Shown: in pieces, positions 16,446 through 27,595 of the stretch
How positions within the stretch are numbered: position 1 is the stretch's first letter
How the letters are laid out: each line of letters begins with the position of its first letter
Assembly: GCA_963765575.1 (NCBI GenBank)
Contig: CAVXWZ010000008.1
Span: 224,001-288,000, forward strand
Reading direction: 5' to 3'
DNA length: 64,000 bases
Source: an uncultured cyanobacterium
Lineage (GTDB): Bacteria; Cyanobacteriota; Cyanobacteriia; PCC-6307; Cyanobiaceae
Notes under the pieces: generated by a model
The model's database searches: none
The model's input: the letters and a program-made list of their open reading frames with translations, nothing else
Told to the model about the DNA's origin: nothing
Position numbers and translations under genes: made by a program

Positions 16446-17192
16446 ATGCACCGCCGCGCCATTTCGCCATGCTCCCTGCGCGCCCGCGCTCTGCTGAGCC
16501 TGGTGGTCCTGGCGGCGCCAGCCCTGGCCCCGGCCACCGTTCGGGCCCAGGCGCCCCACACCCTGCCGGCAGAGCATGGCGCTTCCCACCGCGACCATGG
16601 CGCCCACGATCCTGGCGCCCATGCCCCTGGCACCCATGCCCACGACCTGGGCCCCGCCGGCGCCACCTACGACCTGCGCTTCATCGACGGCATGGTGCAG
16701 CACCACACCGGTGCCCTGCGCATGGGTGAGTTCGTGTTCGACATCGGCGCGCCCGGTGTCGGCGCCCTGGCCAAGACGATCTGGCGCGAGCAGGCCCAGG
16801 AGATCAAGGCCATGGGGCAATGGCGCAAGGCCTGGTATCCCGAAGCCCCGGTGTATTCCGTGGTGCTGCCCCCCGGCGGCGACCCCGACAGCATCGCCGC
16901 CCTGGCGCGCATGAGTGGGGCCGAGATCGACGCCATGCGCATGATCACCACCCTGCCCAGCCGCGACACCCGCGTGATCTGGTTTCTTGAGGGCATGCTC
17001 CATCACCACGGCGGTGCCCTGGTGATGGCCCACGACGCCCTCAAGAAGAGCACCAACCCGGCCCTGCGGCGCTTCTCCCGCGCCGTGATCCGGGCCCAGC
17101 GCGCCGAAATCATCGAGCTGCGGCGGATGCTGGCGCTGGAGGGCCTGCGCAAGCCGGAGTACGCGGCCTATGACGCCCTGTTTGCCCTATGA
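16446..17192 (+). CDS. DUF305 (CopM-like) exported metal-binding protein with His-rich N-terminus
   Basis: Signal peptide, His-rich linker, YDLRFIDGMVQHHTGA and FLEGMLHHHGGALVMA. Confidence 0.9.
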   Translation: MHRRAISPCSLRARALLSLVVLAAPALAPATVRAQAPHTLPAEHGASHRDHGAHDPGAHAPGTHAHDLGPAGATYDLRFIDGMVQHHTGALRMGEFVFDIGAPGVGALAKTIWREQAQEIKAMGQWRKAWYPEAPVYSVVLPPGGDPDSIAALARMSGAEIDAMRMITTLPSRDTRVIWFLEGMLHHHGGALVMAHDALKKSTNPALRRFSRAVIRAQRAEIIELRRMLALEGLRKPEYAAYDALFAL

Positions 17193-17237
17193 GCCGCCAT
17201 CGGTAGCGTGGTGACGCACTCCCGCCGCGCTGCCGCC

Positions 17238-17489
17238 ATGGGCTTTTTCGAGGTGCTCTGGCACGGCGAGGGCATCGGTGATGGCGGCGACCTCGAGGAG
17301 GCCCTGATGGCCTACGCCCTGGTGAAGCCCGACGACGGCGACTGGGCCGCCGCCTGCAGCGCCGCCGGCGCCGAGCCCTGCATCCGCCGCTACGCCTCCT
17401 TCGACGCCTTCCTCGACAACGCCGATGAGCTGGAGACGATTCCGGTGTCGGCGGCGATGATCGACGACGCCCTGGCCCAGCTGCCCTGA
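17238..17489 (+). CDS. small acidic hypothetical protein
   Basis: 83 aa ORF with strong GC3 bias. Confidence 0.7.
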   Translation: MGFFEVLWHGEGIGDGGDLEEALMAYALVKPDDGDWAAACSAAGAEPCIRRYASFDAFLDNADELETIPVSAAMIDDALAQLP

Positions 17490-17498
17490 GTTACGGCC

Positions 17499-18857
17499 TC
17501 ATTGCGCCAGCACCCGCGGGATGGCCTCCAGCCGCGTGGTGGCCGCCCGCGAGAGCCTGCCGCGGCGCATCGCCCAGGGCGGCTGCAGCCCGCAGGCGGC
17601 CCACTGCACGGTGCCGCGGCCGTAGCGGCGGTTGAGCTGGTCGATGGTGGCCATCAGGGCAGCGCGGCGCTGCTGCTGTTCCGGCGGCAGCGGCTGCAAC
17701 AGATGGTGTTGCAGCAGCTCCTCGCCCTGCAGCTGCAGCAGCAGCACGCCCGCCTTCTGCAGCGGGTGCTGGCGGCGGAACAGATGCTCGGCCAGGGGCA
17801 GGGCCGCCGCCAGCAGCACGGCGCTGTCGTGGCTGGGCACCGCCAGGGTGATGGTGGCGGCGTTGGCGTAGAAGCGGGTGCCGTTGAACGGGCTGCTGCG
17901 CACGAACACGGTGAGGGCGCCGGCTCGCTGGCGCTGGCGCCGCAGCTTCTCGGCGGCCCGACAGGTGTAGGTGGCGATCGCCTCGCGCAGCTGGGGCAGG
18001 GTGTCGACCGGCCGGGAGAAGCTGCGGCTCACGCAGGTTTCGCGCTTGGCCGCCGGCAGCCGCTCCAGGGGCAGACAGGGGATCCCGCGCAGTTCCTGCT
18101 GCAGCCGCACCCCCACCACCCCGCAGCGGCGGCGCAACTCGCCGGTGGGCAGATCGCGCAGGGCCCGGGCGCTGGCGATGCCGCGCAGCCGGCACCAGCG
18201 GGCCCGTTGCCGGCCGATGCCCCACACGTCCTCGATCGCCACCGCCTCCAGCCAGGGGTCGGGATCGGCCATCGCCCCCAGGTCGAACACCCCTTCACCC
18301 GTGCCCCCGACCTGCGCCGCCCCGGCCTTCGCCAGCCGGTTGGCCAGCTTGGCCTGCACCTTGGTGGCGGCGATACCCACCGCCACCGGCAGTCCCAGCC
18401 GGCGCTGCACGTCGCGGCGCAGCCGCCGGCCCCAGTCGCCCAGATCGCCGTCGGCGGGGCGATGCAGCAGCCCGAAGGCCTCATCGATCGAATAGATCTC
18501 CAGCTCCTCCACCCACTCCTCCAGCACGCTCATCAGGCGCTGGCTCATGTCGGCGTAGAGGGCGTAATTGGAGCTGCGCACCAGCACGCCCCGCCGTTCC
18601 AGCTCCCGCTGCACCTGAAACCAGGGCTGGCCCATGCGCACGCCCATGGCCCGGGCCTCGGCGCTGCGCGCAACGATGCAGCCGTCGTTGTTGGAGAGCA
18701 CCACCAGCGGCCGGCCGATCACGGTCGGATCCATCACCGCCTCACAGGAGGCGTAGAAGTTGTTGCCGTCCACCAGCACGGTGGCCTGCCGGGGGCGCTG
18801 GTGGGCGAGGGCGCGGGGCAGCGGCCCGCGGGGTATGGCCGTGCTCAGGGGCTTCAT
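17499..18857 (-). CDS. umuC: Y-family DNA polymerase V subunit UmuC
   Basis: VDGNNFYASCE, VLSNNDGC, SSNYALYADMS, YSIDEAF, VSRSF; start uncertain. Confidence 0.95.
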   Translation of the reverse strand: MKPLSTAIPRGPLPRALAHQRPRQATVLVDGNNFYASCEAVMDPTVIGRPLVVLSNNDGCIVARSAEARAMGVRMGQPWFQVQRELERRGVLVRSSNYALYADMSQRLMSVLEEWVEELEIYSIDEAFGLLHRPADGDLGDWGRRLRRDVQRRLGLPVAVGIAATKVQAKLANRLAKAGAAQVGGTGEGVFDLGAMADPDPWLEAVAIEDVWGIGRQRARWCRLRGIASARALRDLPTGELRRRCGVVGVRLQQELRGIPCLPLERLPAAKRETCVSRSFSRPVDTLPQLREAIATYTCRAAEKLRRQRQRAGALTVFVRSSPFNGTRFYANAATITLAVPSHDSAVLLAAALPLAEHLFRRQHPLQKAGVLLLQLQGEELLQHHLLQPLPPEQQQRRAALMATIDQLNRRYGRGTVQWAACGLQPPWAMRRGRLSRAATTRLEAIPRVLAQ

Positions 18858-18874
18858 CAGGGGTGTCAGAGGCT

Positions 18875-19384
18875 TCAGAGGCTGTGGATGGCGTGGATGG
18901 CCACGCCCCAGATGCAGCTGTCGTCGCCGTCCCCCAGCTCCAGCGGCGGATAGTCGGGATGGGCGGCCTCCAGGCGCCAGCGGCCGCGGTGGCGGCGCAG
19001 GTGCTTGAGGGTGAAGGCCCCCTCGACCACGGCCACCACCACCAGCCCCGCCCGCGCTTCGATCGCCCGGTCCACCACCAGCAGATCGCCATCGAGGATG
19101 CCGGCGTCCCGCATCGAGTCGCCGCTCACGCGCAGGAAGAAGGTGCTGCTGGGGTGGCGGATCAGGGCCTCGTTGAGGTCGATGCGACTTTCCACGTAGT
19201 CGTCGGCCGGGCTGGGGAAGCCCGCCGCCACCGTGGCGCCGGCCAGGGGCAGGAGCCGCCGCTGCCGCTGCCGCGCCGCGGGCAGGCGGCCCAGCAGCTG
19301 CAGCTCCGGCGTGGGGCCGGCCACCACGTCGCCTGCCCCATGGCCGGCGTGCTGCGGGGCGGGAGCGGGCACGACAGCAGACAA
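18875..19384 (-). CDS. umuD: DNA polymerase V subunit UmuD (S24 peptidase)
   Basis: VAAGFPSPADDY cleavage region, VSGDSM Ser, FTLK Lys; true start may be downstream. Confidence 0.92.
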   Translation of the reverse strand: MSAVVPAPAPQHAGHGAGDVVAGPTPELQLLGRLPAARQRQRRLLPLAGATVAAGFPSPADDYVESRIDLNEALIRHPSSTFFLRVSGDSMRDAGILDGDLLVVDRAIEARAGLVVVAVVEGAFTLKHLRRHRGRWRLEAAHPDYPPLELGDGDDSCIWGVAIHAIHSL

Positions 19385-19390
19385 CCAAAG

Positions 19391-19406
19391 CAGTGCAAAT
19401 GTACTA
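19391..19406. promoter_or_regulatory. cyanobacterial LexA box upstream of umuDC
   Basis: Minus strand TAGTACA-TT-TGCACTG, close to TAGTACA-N2-TGTACTA. Confidence 0.75.
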
Positions 19407-21260
19407 CTGGCTGGCTGGGTTGGGCGGTGGCTGCAGGCGGGCGAGGGTCAGCTTCGCCGCCGGGTCCCGCTGCAGAATCTCCAGCGAGCCGGCGGGGCAG
19501 TGGCCGCCCGGTTGCTCCACGCGCCTGCTCGGGCCTAGCAACAGCCGCGGGGGCGGCGCAGGTGGAGGCGGGCTGCTCCGGGGTGTGCTGGGCGAAGGCT
19601 TCACCCTGCTTCAGGATCTCGGCCCGGCCCTGGGTGCGGATCTTCACGGAATACCAGCTCTTGCTCACCACCTGGATCGCTTCACCGGGTCGGGCCTCCC
19701 GCAGGGCCCGGTCGGCCAGCTCCAGCCGGGGCCCCTGGTAGAGCTGGCGGTAGAGCTGCTGGAGCGGCGGGGCCAGGGCCAGCAGAAACGCCAGGATGGC
19801 GGCCGCCCAGAGGCCGCCGAGCAGCAGACGGGGCTGGGGGCCCCGCCAGGCCGCCCAGCCACTGGCCAGACCCAGGAGCAGCAGGGCCGCGATCACCGGC
19901 GCTGATCCCAGGGTGCTGCGCAGGGCCAGGCTGAACGCCGGCGCGCTTCCGGTGATCGGCACCACCAGCGCCGGGACCCGCTGCAGGGCCAGGGCCAGCA
20001 GCAGCAACAGTCCGGCGGTGCCGATCAGCAGCACCCGGCTGAACCGCTCTGCCCCCACCCGCTTTGCCACCCGCTCGGGTGGTGCCTGGGGCTGCGGCGG
20101 CCAGAAGAAGCGGGCAGCGGCGATCGCCGTGGGCGGCAGCGCCGCGAGGATGTAGTGGGGCAGCTTGGTGGAGGCCAGGCTGAACAGCCCCACGGTGACC
20201 ACGATCCAGATCGTGCAGAACAGGGCCAGGGGATCCCGCTGGGCCTGGCGGCGCCAGTGGCGGGGGTTGGACAACCGGCCTGGACCAGGGCCGCCAGGGC
20301 CGTGATTCCCCAGGGCAGGGTGATGGCCGCATACACGGGCAGGTAATAGAACCAGGGCCCGGCGTGGCCATCCAGCGCGCTGGTGAAGCGATTCAGATGG
20401 GTGCGTCCCAGGTAGCCCTCGAGAAACGCCGCCCCCTGGCTGTGCCAGGCCGCCAGATGCCAGGGCAGGGCCACGAGCAGCAGGGCCAGCAGCAGGGGGA
20501 GCAGGAAGCGGCGACCGCCCAGGGAGCGGCGGGCAGCCGCTCCCGCCAGCAGCAGGAACAGGCCGGCGATGGCGCCGGGCAGGGCGAGGCTGAGCAGACC
20601 CTTGGCGAGCAGCCCCACGCCCAGGGCGCTGCCCACCAGGACGCCGCTCAGCACCTGGCGGCGGCGGGAGGGGTTGCGGGCCTGGCTGAGCAGGACGACA
20701 CAGGCCAGCGCCACGGTCGTGCTGGCGGTGAGATAAATGTCGTGGATCGCGACTCGCGCCAGCACGATGTACACCGGCATCAAGGCCAGGATCGCCGCGG
20801 CGCTGACGGCGCGAAACAGTCCCCGGCGGCTGGCGCCGTCAGGGCTGCCGAATCGGCACAGCGCCAGGGTGGCGATGACGCCGATACACCCGGAAAAGGC
20901 GGTGCCCAGGCGGGGCAGCCACACCTGCTGGGGGGCGAGGCGCAGCAGCAGCCCACCGATCCAGTAGGGCAGGGGGGGCTTGTCGAAATAGGGAAGACCG
21001 TCAATCGCCGGCACGACCCAGTCGCCGCTCACCGCCATCTGACGGGCGAGCTCCAGCTGCAGGGCTTCGGTCTTATCGGCCGGGTAAAGGATCGCCAGGC
21101 CGTTGAAGAAGCACACCCAGCACAGAGCCGCCAGCAGGACCAGGGCTGCTGCCAGCAGCGACGCGGGTTGGCTCAGGGCCCGGCCTGGGCCTGGGAATCG
21201 TTGAGAAATGGTGGTGAAAGGGGGGGGGGAGATTACATGAAATGGACGCGCGCACCCCAT
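19404..21260 (-). pseudogene. ArnT/PMT-family (GT39/83) membrane glycosyltransferase, frameshifted in this sequence
   Basis: YFDKPPLPYW, LAKG, PWFYYLP, STKLPHYIL; frame breaks near 20275 and probably near 19550; start uncertain. Confidence 0.8.
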
Positions 21261-21288
21261 ACGATGGGCGACGGTGCGGCAGGCGGGC

Positions 21289-21897
21289 ATGGGGGCGGAA
21301 ACGAGGTGGACGGCCGCCTCGGGCCTGGCCCTGGTGCTGTTCCTGGTGCTGCACCTGAGCGGCGTTGCCCTGGCACCGCTGGCCCCTGAGGCCTTCGAGG
21401 CCTATGCGGCAGCCCTGCATGGTGCCGCCTGGCTGCCGGCGGCGGAGCTGGCGCTGCTGGCGGTGGCCCTGAGCCACGCCGGCCTCAGCCTGGCCAAGGC
21501 CAGTGCCAACCGCCGCGCCGGCAACACGGCGCAGCTGGTGAGCCGGCGCGGTGACCCCCTGGCCGCCCTGGCGGCTCGCAGCCAGGCGCTGGCCGGCGTC
21601 ACGCTGCTGGGGTTTCTGGTGCTGCATCTGCTGCAGCTGCGCTGGCCCCGACCCGCCGCCGGCGCGGAGCTGGCGGCCCTGCGGGCGGTGCTGCAGCAGC
21701 CCCTGAGCCTGGTGCTCTACGCCGCCGCCGCCCTGGCCCTGGCCCTGCACCTGCTGCACGGCACCGAGGCCGCCCACCGCAGCCTGGGGCTGCTGGATCC
21801 GCAGAACGGCCGCCGCATTCGCCTGGCCGGCCGTGGACTGGCCCTGCTGCTGGGCGCTGGTTTCGCGGCGGTGGCGCTGCTGGTGGCGCTGCCATGA
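21289..21897 (+). CDS. sdhC: succinate dehydrogenase cytochrome b subunit
   Basis: [26 protein letters not shown]; overlaps sdhA start. Confidence 0.88.
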   Translation: MGAETRWTAASGLALVLFLVLHLSGVALAPLAPEAFEAYAAALHGAAWLPAAELALLAVALSHAGLSLAKASANRRAGNTAQLVSRRGDPLAALAARSQALAGVTLLGFLVLHLLQLRWPRPAAGAELAALRAVLQQPLSLVLYAAAALALALHLLHGTEAAHRSLGLLDPQNGRRIRLAGRGLALLLGAGFAAVALLVALP

Positions 21898-23813
21898 GCG
21901 GCCTGCCCGATCCCCGCCTGCCGGCGGGCCCGATTGACGCTGCCTGGCGCCGCCACCGCGAGGAGCTGCCCCTGATCAGCCCGATGCGCCGCCGCCAGCT
22001 GCGCCTGCTGGTGGTGGGCACCGGGCTGGCCGGGGCCTCGGCGGCCGCCACCCTGGCGGAGCAGGGCTACCAGGTCACGGTGCTCACGTATCACGACAGC
22101 CCGCGGCGGGCCCATTCGGTGGCGGCCCAGGGGGGCATCAATGCCGCCCGGCCGCTGGCCGTCGATGGCGACAGCGTCGGGCGCCTGTTCGCCGACACCC
22201 TGCGCGGCGGCGACTTCCGCGCCCGCGAGGCCGGCTGCATGCGGCTGGCCGAGCTGAGCAGCGGCATCATCGACCAGTGCGTGGCCCAGGGCGTGCCCTT
22301 CGCGCGCGACTACGGCGGCAGCCTGGCCACCCGCAGCTTCGGTGGGGCCCTGGTGAGCCGCACCTTCTATGCCCGCGGCCAGACCGGCCAGCAACTGCTC
22401 TACGGCGCCACCCAGGCGCTGCTGCGCCAGGTGGCCGCCGGCCGGGTGACCCTGCTCTGCCGGCGCGATGTGCTGGAGCTGGTGACCGTGGATGGGGTGG
22501 CCCGCGGGGTGGTGTGCCGCAACCTGCTCAGCGGTGAGCTGGAGGTGCACACCGCCCAGGCGGTGCTGCTGGCCACCGGCGGCTACAGCAACGTCTACTT
22601 CCTGTCGACGAATGCGCTCAAATCCAACGCCACCGCCATCTGGCGGGCCCACCGCCGCGGCGCCCTGTTCGCCAACCCCTGCTTCACCCAGATCCACCCC
22701 ACCTGCATTCCCAGCGGCGACCCCTACCAGAGCAAGCTCACGTTGATGAGCGAGAGCCTGCGCAACGACGGCCGCGTGTGGCTGCCGGCCCGCCCCGGCG
22801 ATGGGCGTCCGCCGGCGCAGATCCCGGAAAGCGAGCGCGACTACTTCCTCGAGCGCCTCTATCCCACCTACGCCAACATGGCGCCGCGGGATCTGGCCTC
22901 CCGCCGCGCCCGGGAGCTCTGCAACGCCGGCCATGGCGTGGGCCCCGGTGGTCGCTCGGTGTACCTGGATCTGCGCGATGCCATCGCCCGCGACGGTGTG
23001 GAGCTGATCACGGCCCGCTACGGCAATCTGCTGACGATGTACGAGCGCATCACCGGCGAGGATCCCACCGGCACGCCGATGCGCATCTACCCGGCGCCCC
23101 ACTACACGATGGGGGGGCTGTGGGTCGACTATCACCTGATGAGCTCGATCCCGGGGCTGTTCGTGCTGGGCGAGGCCAACTTCTCCGAGCACGGTGCCAA
23201 CCGGCTGGGGGCCAGTGCCCTGATGCAGGGGCTGGCGGATGGCTATTTCATTGCTCCCGCCACGGTCACGGCCTGGCTGGCGGGCCATCCCACCCCGGCC
23301 ATCAGCGCCGATCACCCCGCCTGCCGCGAGGCCCTGGCCCTGGCGCAGCAGCGCATCGCGGCGCTGCTGGCGGTGGGCGGCTCGCGGCCGGTGGATGCCT
23401 TCCACCGCGAGCTGGGGGCACTGATGATCGAGCACTGCGGCATCAGCCGCGATGCCGCCGGCCTGCGCGCTGGCCAGGGGGCTGTGGCGGCCCTGGCCGA
23501 GCGCTTCGCCGCGGAGGTGCGGGTGCCGGGTTGTGCGGCGGGGCCCAATCCGGAGCTGGAGAAAGCGCTGCGGGTCCACGATTTCTTCGGCCTGGCCCAG
23601 CTGATGCTGGGCGATGCCCTGGCCCGGGAGGAGTCCTGCGGCGCCCATTTCCGCGAGGAGCACCAGAGCGCCGATGGTGAGGCCCGGCGCGACGACGCCC
23701 GCTTTGCCCACATCGCCGCCTGGGAGCATCGCGGCGAGGGCGCCGAGCCCGAGCGCCATGCCGAGCCCCTGCCGTTCACGGCCCTGCAACCCGTTGCCCG
23801 CAGCTACCGATGA
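21894..23813 (+). CDS. sdhA: succinate dehydrogenase/fumarate reductase flavoprotein
   Basis: [39 protein letters not shown]. Confidence 0.96.
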   Translation: MSGLPDPRLPAGPIDAAWRRHREELPLISPMRRRQLRLLVVGTGLAGASAAATLAEQGYQVTVLTYHDSPRRAHSVAAQGGINAARPLAVDGDSVGRLFADTLRGGDFRAREAGCMRLAELSSGIIDQCVAQGVPFARDYGGSLATRSFGGALVSRTFYARGQTGQQLLYGATQALLRQVAAGRVTLLCRRDVLELVTVDGVARGVVCRNLLSGELEVHTAQAVLLATGGYSNVYFLSTNALKSNATAIWRAHRRGALFANPCFTQIHPTCIPSGDPYQSKLTLMSESLRNDGRVWLPARPGDGRPPAQIPESERDYFLERLYPTYANMAPRDLASRRARELCNAGHGVGPGGRSVYLDLRDAIARDGVELITARYGNLLTMYERITGEDPTGTPMRIYPAPHYTMGGLWVDYHLMSSIPGLFVLGEANFSEHGANRLGASALMQGLADGYFIAPATVTAWLAGHPTPAISADHPACREALALAQQRIAALLAVGGSRPVDAFHRELGALMIEHCGISRDAAGLRAGQGAVAALAERFAAEVRVPGCAAGPNPELEKALRVHDFFGLAQLMLGDALAREESCGAHFREEHQSADGEARRDDARFAHIAAWEHRGEGAEPERHAEPLPFTALQPVARSYR

Positions 23814-24553
23814 GTGCTCCCCTGTCACTGACGCTACGGATCTGGCGCCAGGAGTCGGCGGCTGATCCGGGTGCCTACCGCAGCTACCGGCTGGAGCGCC
23901 TCTCCCCCAACCTCTCCCTGCTGGAGGCCCTCGACCAGCTCAACGAGCAGCTGATCGGCTGCGGCGAGCGGCCCGTGACCTTCGAGCACGACTGCCGGGA
24001 GGGAATCTGCGGCAGCTGCGGCTTTCTGGTCAACGCTCAGGCCCACGGCCCCCGCAGCGCCACGAGCGTGTGTCAGCTGTATCTGCGCGAGTTCCGTGAT
24101 GGCGCCACCCTCACGCTGGCGCCCTGGCGGGCGCGGGCCTTCCCGCCGATCCAGGACCTGGCGGTGGATCGCTCGGCCCTCGATCAGCTGATCGCCGCCG
24201 GTGGCTACTGCTCGGTGAACACCGGCCAGGCGCCGGATGCCAACGCCATGCTGGTGGGTCAGGAGCAGGCGCAATCGGCCTTCGACACGGCCACCTGCAT
24301 CGGTTGCGGCGCCTGTGTGGCCAGTTGCCGCAACGCCTCCGCCAGCCTGTTTGTGGCCGCCAAGCTCGCCCATCTGGCCCAGCTGCCCCAGGGGCAGCCC
24401 GAGCGCCAGCGACGAGCCCGCGCCATGCAGGAGCAGATGCGCAGCGAGGGCTTCGGCAGCTGCAGCAGCAACCTGGAGTGTGAGGCGGTGTGCCCCCAGG
24501 AGATCTCCGCCGACTGGATCAGCTGGATGCAGCGCCAGGGGCCGCGCAGCTAG
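23810..24553 (+). CDS. sdhB: succinate dehydrogenase/fumarate reductase Fe-S subunit
   Basis: [28 protein letters not shown]. Confidence 0.96.
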   Translation: MSAPLSLTLRIWRQESAADPGAYRSYRLERLSPNLSLLEALDQLNEQLIGCGERPVTFEHDCREGICGSCGFLVNAQAHGPRSATSVCQLYLREFRDGATLTLAPWRARAFPPIQDLAVDRSALDQLIAAGGYCSVNTGQAPDANAMLVGQEQAQSAFDTATCIGCGACVASCRNASASLFVAAKLAHLAQLPQGQPERQRRARAMQEQMRSEGFGSCSSNLECEAVCPQEISADWISWMQRQGPRS

Positions 24554-24936
24554 GCCGGCAGCTCTCCAGGTGCGAAATGGCGCCGGAAGCCATCCAGGGC
24601 CATGGGCCCGCAGCGGCGCTGCCAGCCGATGTCGCCGGCGTGCCGCCGCCAGCAGCTCATGCGGGCGCCGCCGCCGCGCAGCTGGATCAGATAGCGGTAG
24701 GTCGCCTGCCTGGCGGCCGGCCCGGCAGTGTCGGGCCGCAGCTGGGGCAGGGGCGCAAACACCTGGCGGAGCTCCTCAAAGCGGCGGGCGGGTGCGGCGC
24801 TGCTGTGCAGCGGAGCGGCCAGCAGCGCGGCGAGCTGCGACGGCGAACCGCCATCGGCAAGCCACCAGTGGCGCTGACGGCGGGCGCCGCGATCCAGCAG
24901 GGAGATCAGCGCAGGGCATGGGGTCGGGGTCGGCAC
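24550..24936 (-). CDS. hypothetical protein
   Basis: ORF fills gap between sdhB and gap; no motif recognised. Confidence 0.55.
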   Translation of the reverse strand: MPTPTPCPALISLLDRGARRQRHWWLADGGSPSQLAALLAAPLHSSAAPARRFEELRQVFAPLPQLRPDTAGPAARQATYRYLIQLRGGGARMSCWRRHAGDIGWQRRCGPMALDGFRRHFAPGELPA

Positions 24937-24991
24937 CGATGGCGCAGGGCGGGCCCCAAACCAGTGCCACCGCCGTCCCAGCCCGATGGGC

Positions 24992-26008
<1,017 letters not shown>

Positions 26009-26069
26009 TCACGCTGCACCCGAGATTAAGGATGCCGTGAGCCCCTGGCCGAGTCCCCTGCTCCAGGTC

Positions 26070-26510
26070 TCAGATTTCGTCGTCTTCCAGCAACAGCTGC
26101 TGAAAGGCGGTGTAGAGCTCGCCGTGCTCACGCAGCAGCTGGGGATCAGGCCGCCCTCGCTCTGGCCGGCGCCGCTCGGAGCGGGGGCGGCCATCAGCCC
26201 TGTTGGCCCCGCCCCCGGCCTCGTGAGTCGTAGGACGCCCGAGGGCAGCAGTCTGCGACCGGCGGGCCTCCAGCTCGCGCAGACGCTCCAGCAGGTGGGG
26301 CGGGGCGCTGCCGTCGGCGCTGGCGCGCACCAGCTCGTGGAACAGGGCATCGGGATTGGTCTCCGTCTCCAGCCTGTGGCGGCGGCCGCCACCGCCCTCG
26401 GACGGCGCAGGCACAGGCGCTGGTGGGGCGGCTGCGGGTGGGGGCAGCCGCTGGGGCAGGCTGCGGCCGAGCTGCTGCAGTCGCTCGAGGCTGCGGGCGT
26501 CGAAACTCAT
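26070..26510 (-). CDS. hypothetical protein
   Basis: 146 aa ORF in series with neighbours; ends LYTAFQQLLLEDDEI. Confidence 0.75.
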   Translation of the reverse strand: MSFDARSLERLQQLGRSLPQRLPPPAAAPPAPVPAPSEGGGGRRHRLETETNPDALFHELVRASADGSAPPHLLERLRELEARRSQTAALGRPTTHEAGGGANRADGRPRSERRRPERGRPDPQLLREHGELYTAFQQLLLEDDEI

Positions 26511-26526
26511 CGGGGCGCAGGGGGGA

Positions 26527-27108
26527 TCAGGAGCAGCCGAGGCTGGCGCGGGTGTCCCGGCCGGTGATGGGGTTGGTGCCCCGGGCCGCGGCGCAGAGCA
26601 CCTTGCGGGCGTCGCCCCGCAGGGGCACGTTGGTGAAGTCAGCCCCGTCGATGGTCACATTCTCGAAGCGGGTGTTGAAGGCGAAGGCGTCCTCCAGCAC
26701 GGCATTGCTCAGGTCGCTGCCGTAGAACACCGCTGAATCCAGCGTCGCCTCGCGCAGGTTGGTGTTGCTGAGGTCGGCGTCCTGCAACTTGGCCCCAAAC
26801 AGGCTGGCGCCCTGCAGGTCGGCCCCGGCGAGGTTGGCGTCGCGCAGGTTGGTGAGGTTGAAGGTGGCGCCGCGCAGATCCTGGCCCGAGTAGTCGGCCC
26901 CGATCAGCACCTGCTTGGCCACGTCCACGGCGGCGTGGGCGGCAGCGCCCCCCAACAGGGGTGCAACCAGCAGCATCAGCGCCAGCAGCAAGGGCAGCAG
27001 CGGGCGCAGGCTGGGGCCTGGCCATGCCCAGGGGCCCGGCGGGTTGAGGCTGGCGTGGGGGCGGGCGGCACTGGGGCCGTGGCGCCGGATCTGGAGCCGT
27101 TTTGCCAT
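26527..27108 (-). CDS. pentapeptide repeat protein (exported)
   Basis: Signal peptide then A(D/N)LXX repeats; start uncertain. Confidence 0.9.
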   Translation of the reverse strand: MAKRLQIRRHGPSAARPHASLNPPGPWAWPGPSLRPLLPLLLALMLLVAPLLGGAAAHAAVDVAKQVLIGADYSGQDLRGATFNLTNLRDANLAGADLQGASLFGAKLQDADLSNTNLREATLDSAVFYGSDLSNAVLEDAFAFNTRFENVTIDGADFTNVPLRGDARKVLCAAARGTNPITGRDTRASLGCS

Positions 27109-27162
27109 CGCGGCGATGCACCTGGGGCAACCCTAGGGACAGTTCCGGGAACGTCGCCGCCG

Positions 27163-27540
27163 ATGCCCCATCCCCCCCTGGCCGGTGGCTGGGCCGAGCA
27201 ACGTGCCCTGCGGCTGCTGTTGGAGCGCGGCTGGCGCCTGCGCGATCGCAACTGGCGCTGCCGCTGGGGGGAGCTGGATCTGGTGCTGGAGAAGGACGAT
27301 CGGCTGCTGGTGGTGGAGGTCAAGGGCCGCAGCGGTGGCCTGGACGGCTGGGGGGCGGGCGCCCTGCGCCATGGCAAGCGCCAGCGGCTCGATCGCGCCT
27401 GGCGCTGCTGGCTGCAGGCCCATCCCGATGCCGCCCTGCGGGCGGTGGAGCTGGTGTACGCCCTGGTGCCGCTGCCGCCCCGGCGCGGAGCCGTGCGCTG
27501 GATTCGACCCGCCACCTGGCCGTCAGCCACGGCCCCGTGA
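27163..27540 (+). CDS. YraN family protein
   Basis: RNWRCRWGELDLV, VVEVKGR. Confidence 0.9.
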   Translation: MPHPPLAGGWAEQRALRLLLERGWRLRDRNWRCRWGELDLVLEKDDRLLVVEVKGRSGGLDGWGAGALRHGKRQRLDRAWRCWLQAHPDAALRAVELVYALVPLPPRRGAVRWIRPATWPSATAP

Positions 27541-27595
27541 GGGCGGGGTGGGCCAGGGCACCAGGCAGCCTGGAGGCCAGCGCCGCCGCCACGCG

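Noticed and set aside
18858..19388. Apparent 629-aa extended UmuC or UmuD-UmuC fusion
   Set aside because: The extension is an alternative frame over umuD with low-complexity translation; umuD has its own stop.
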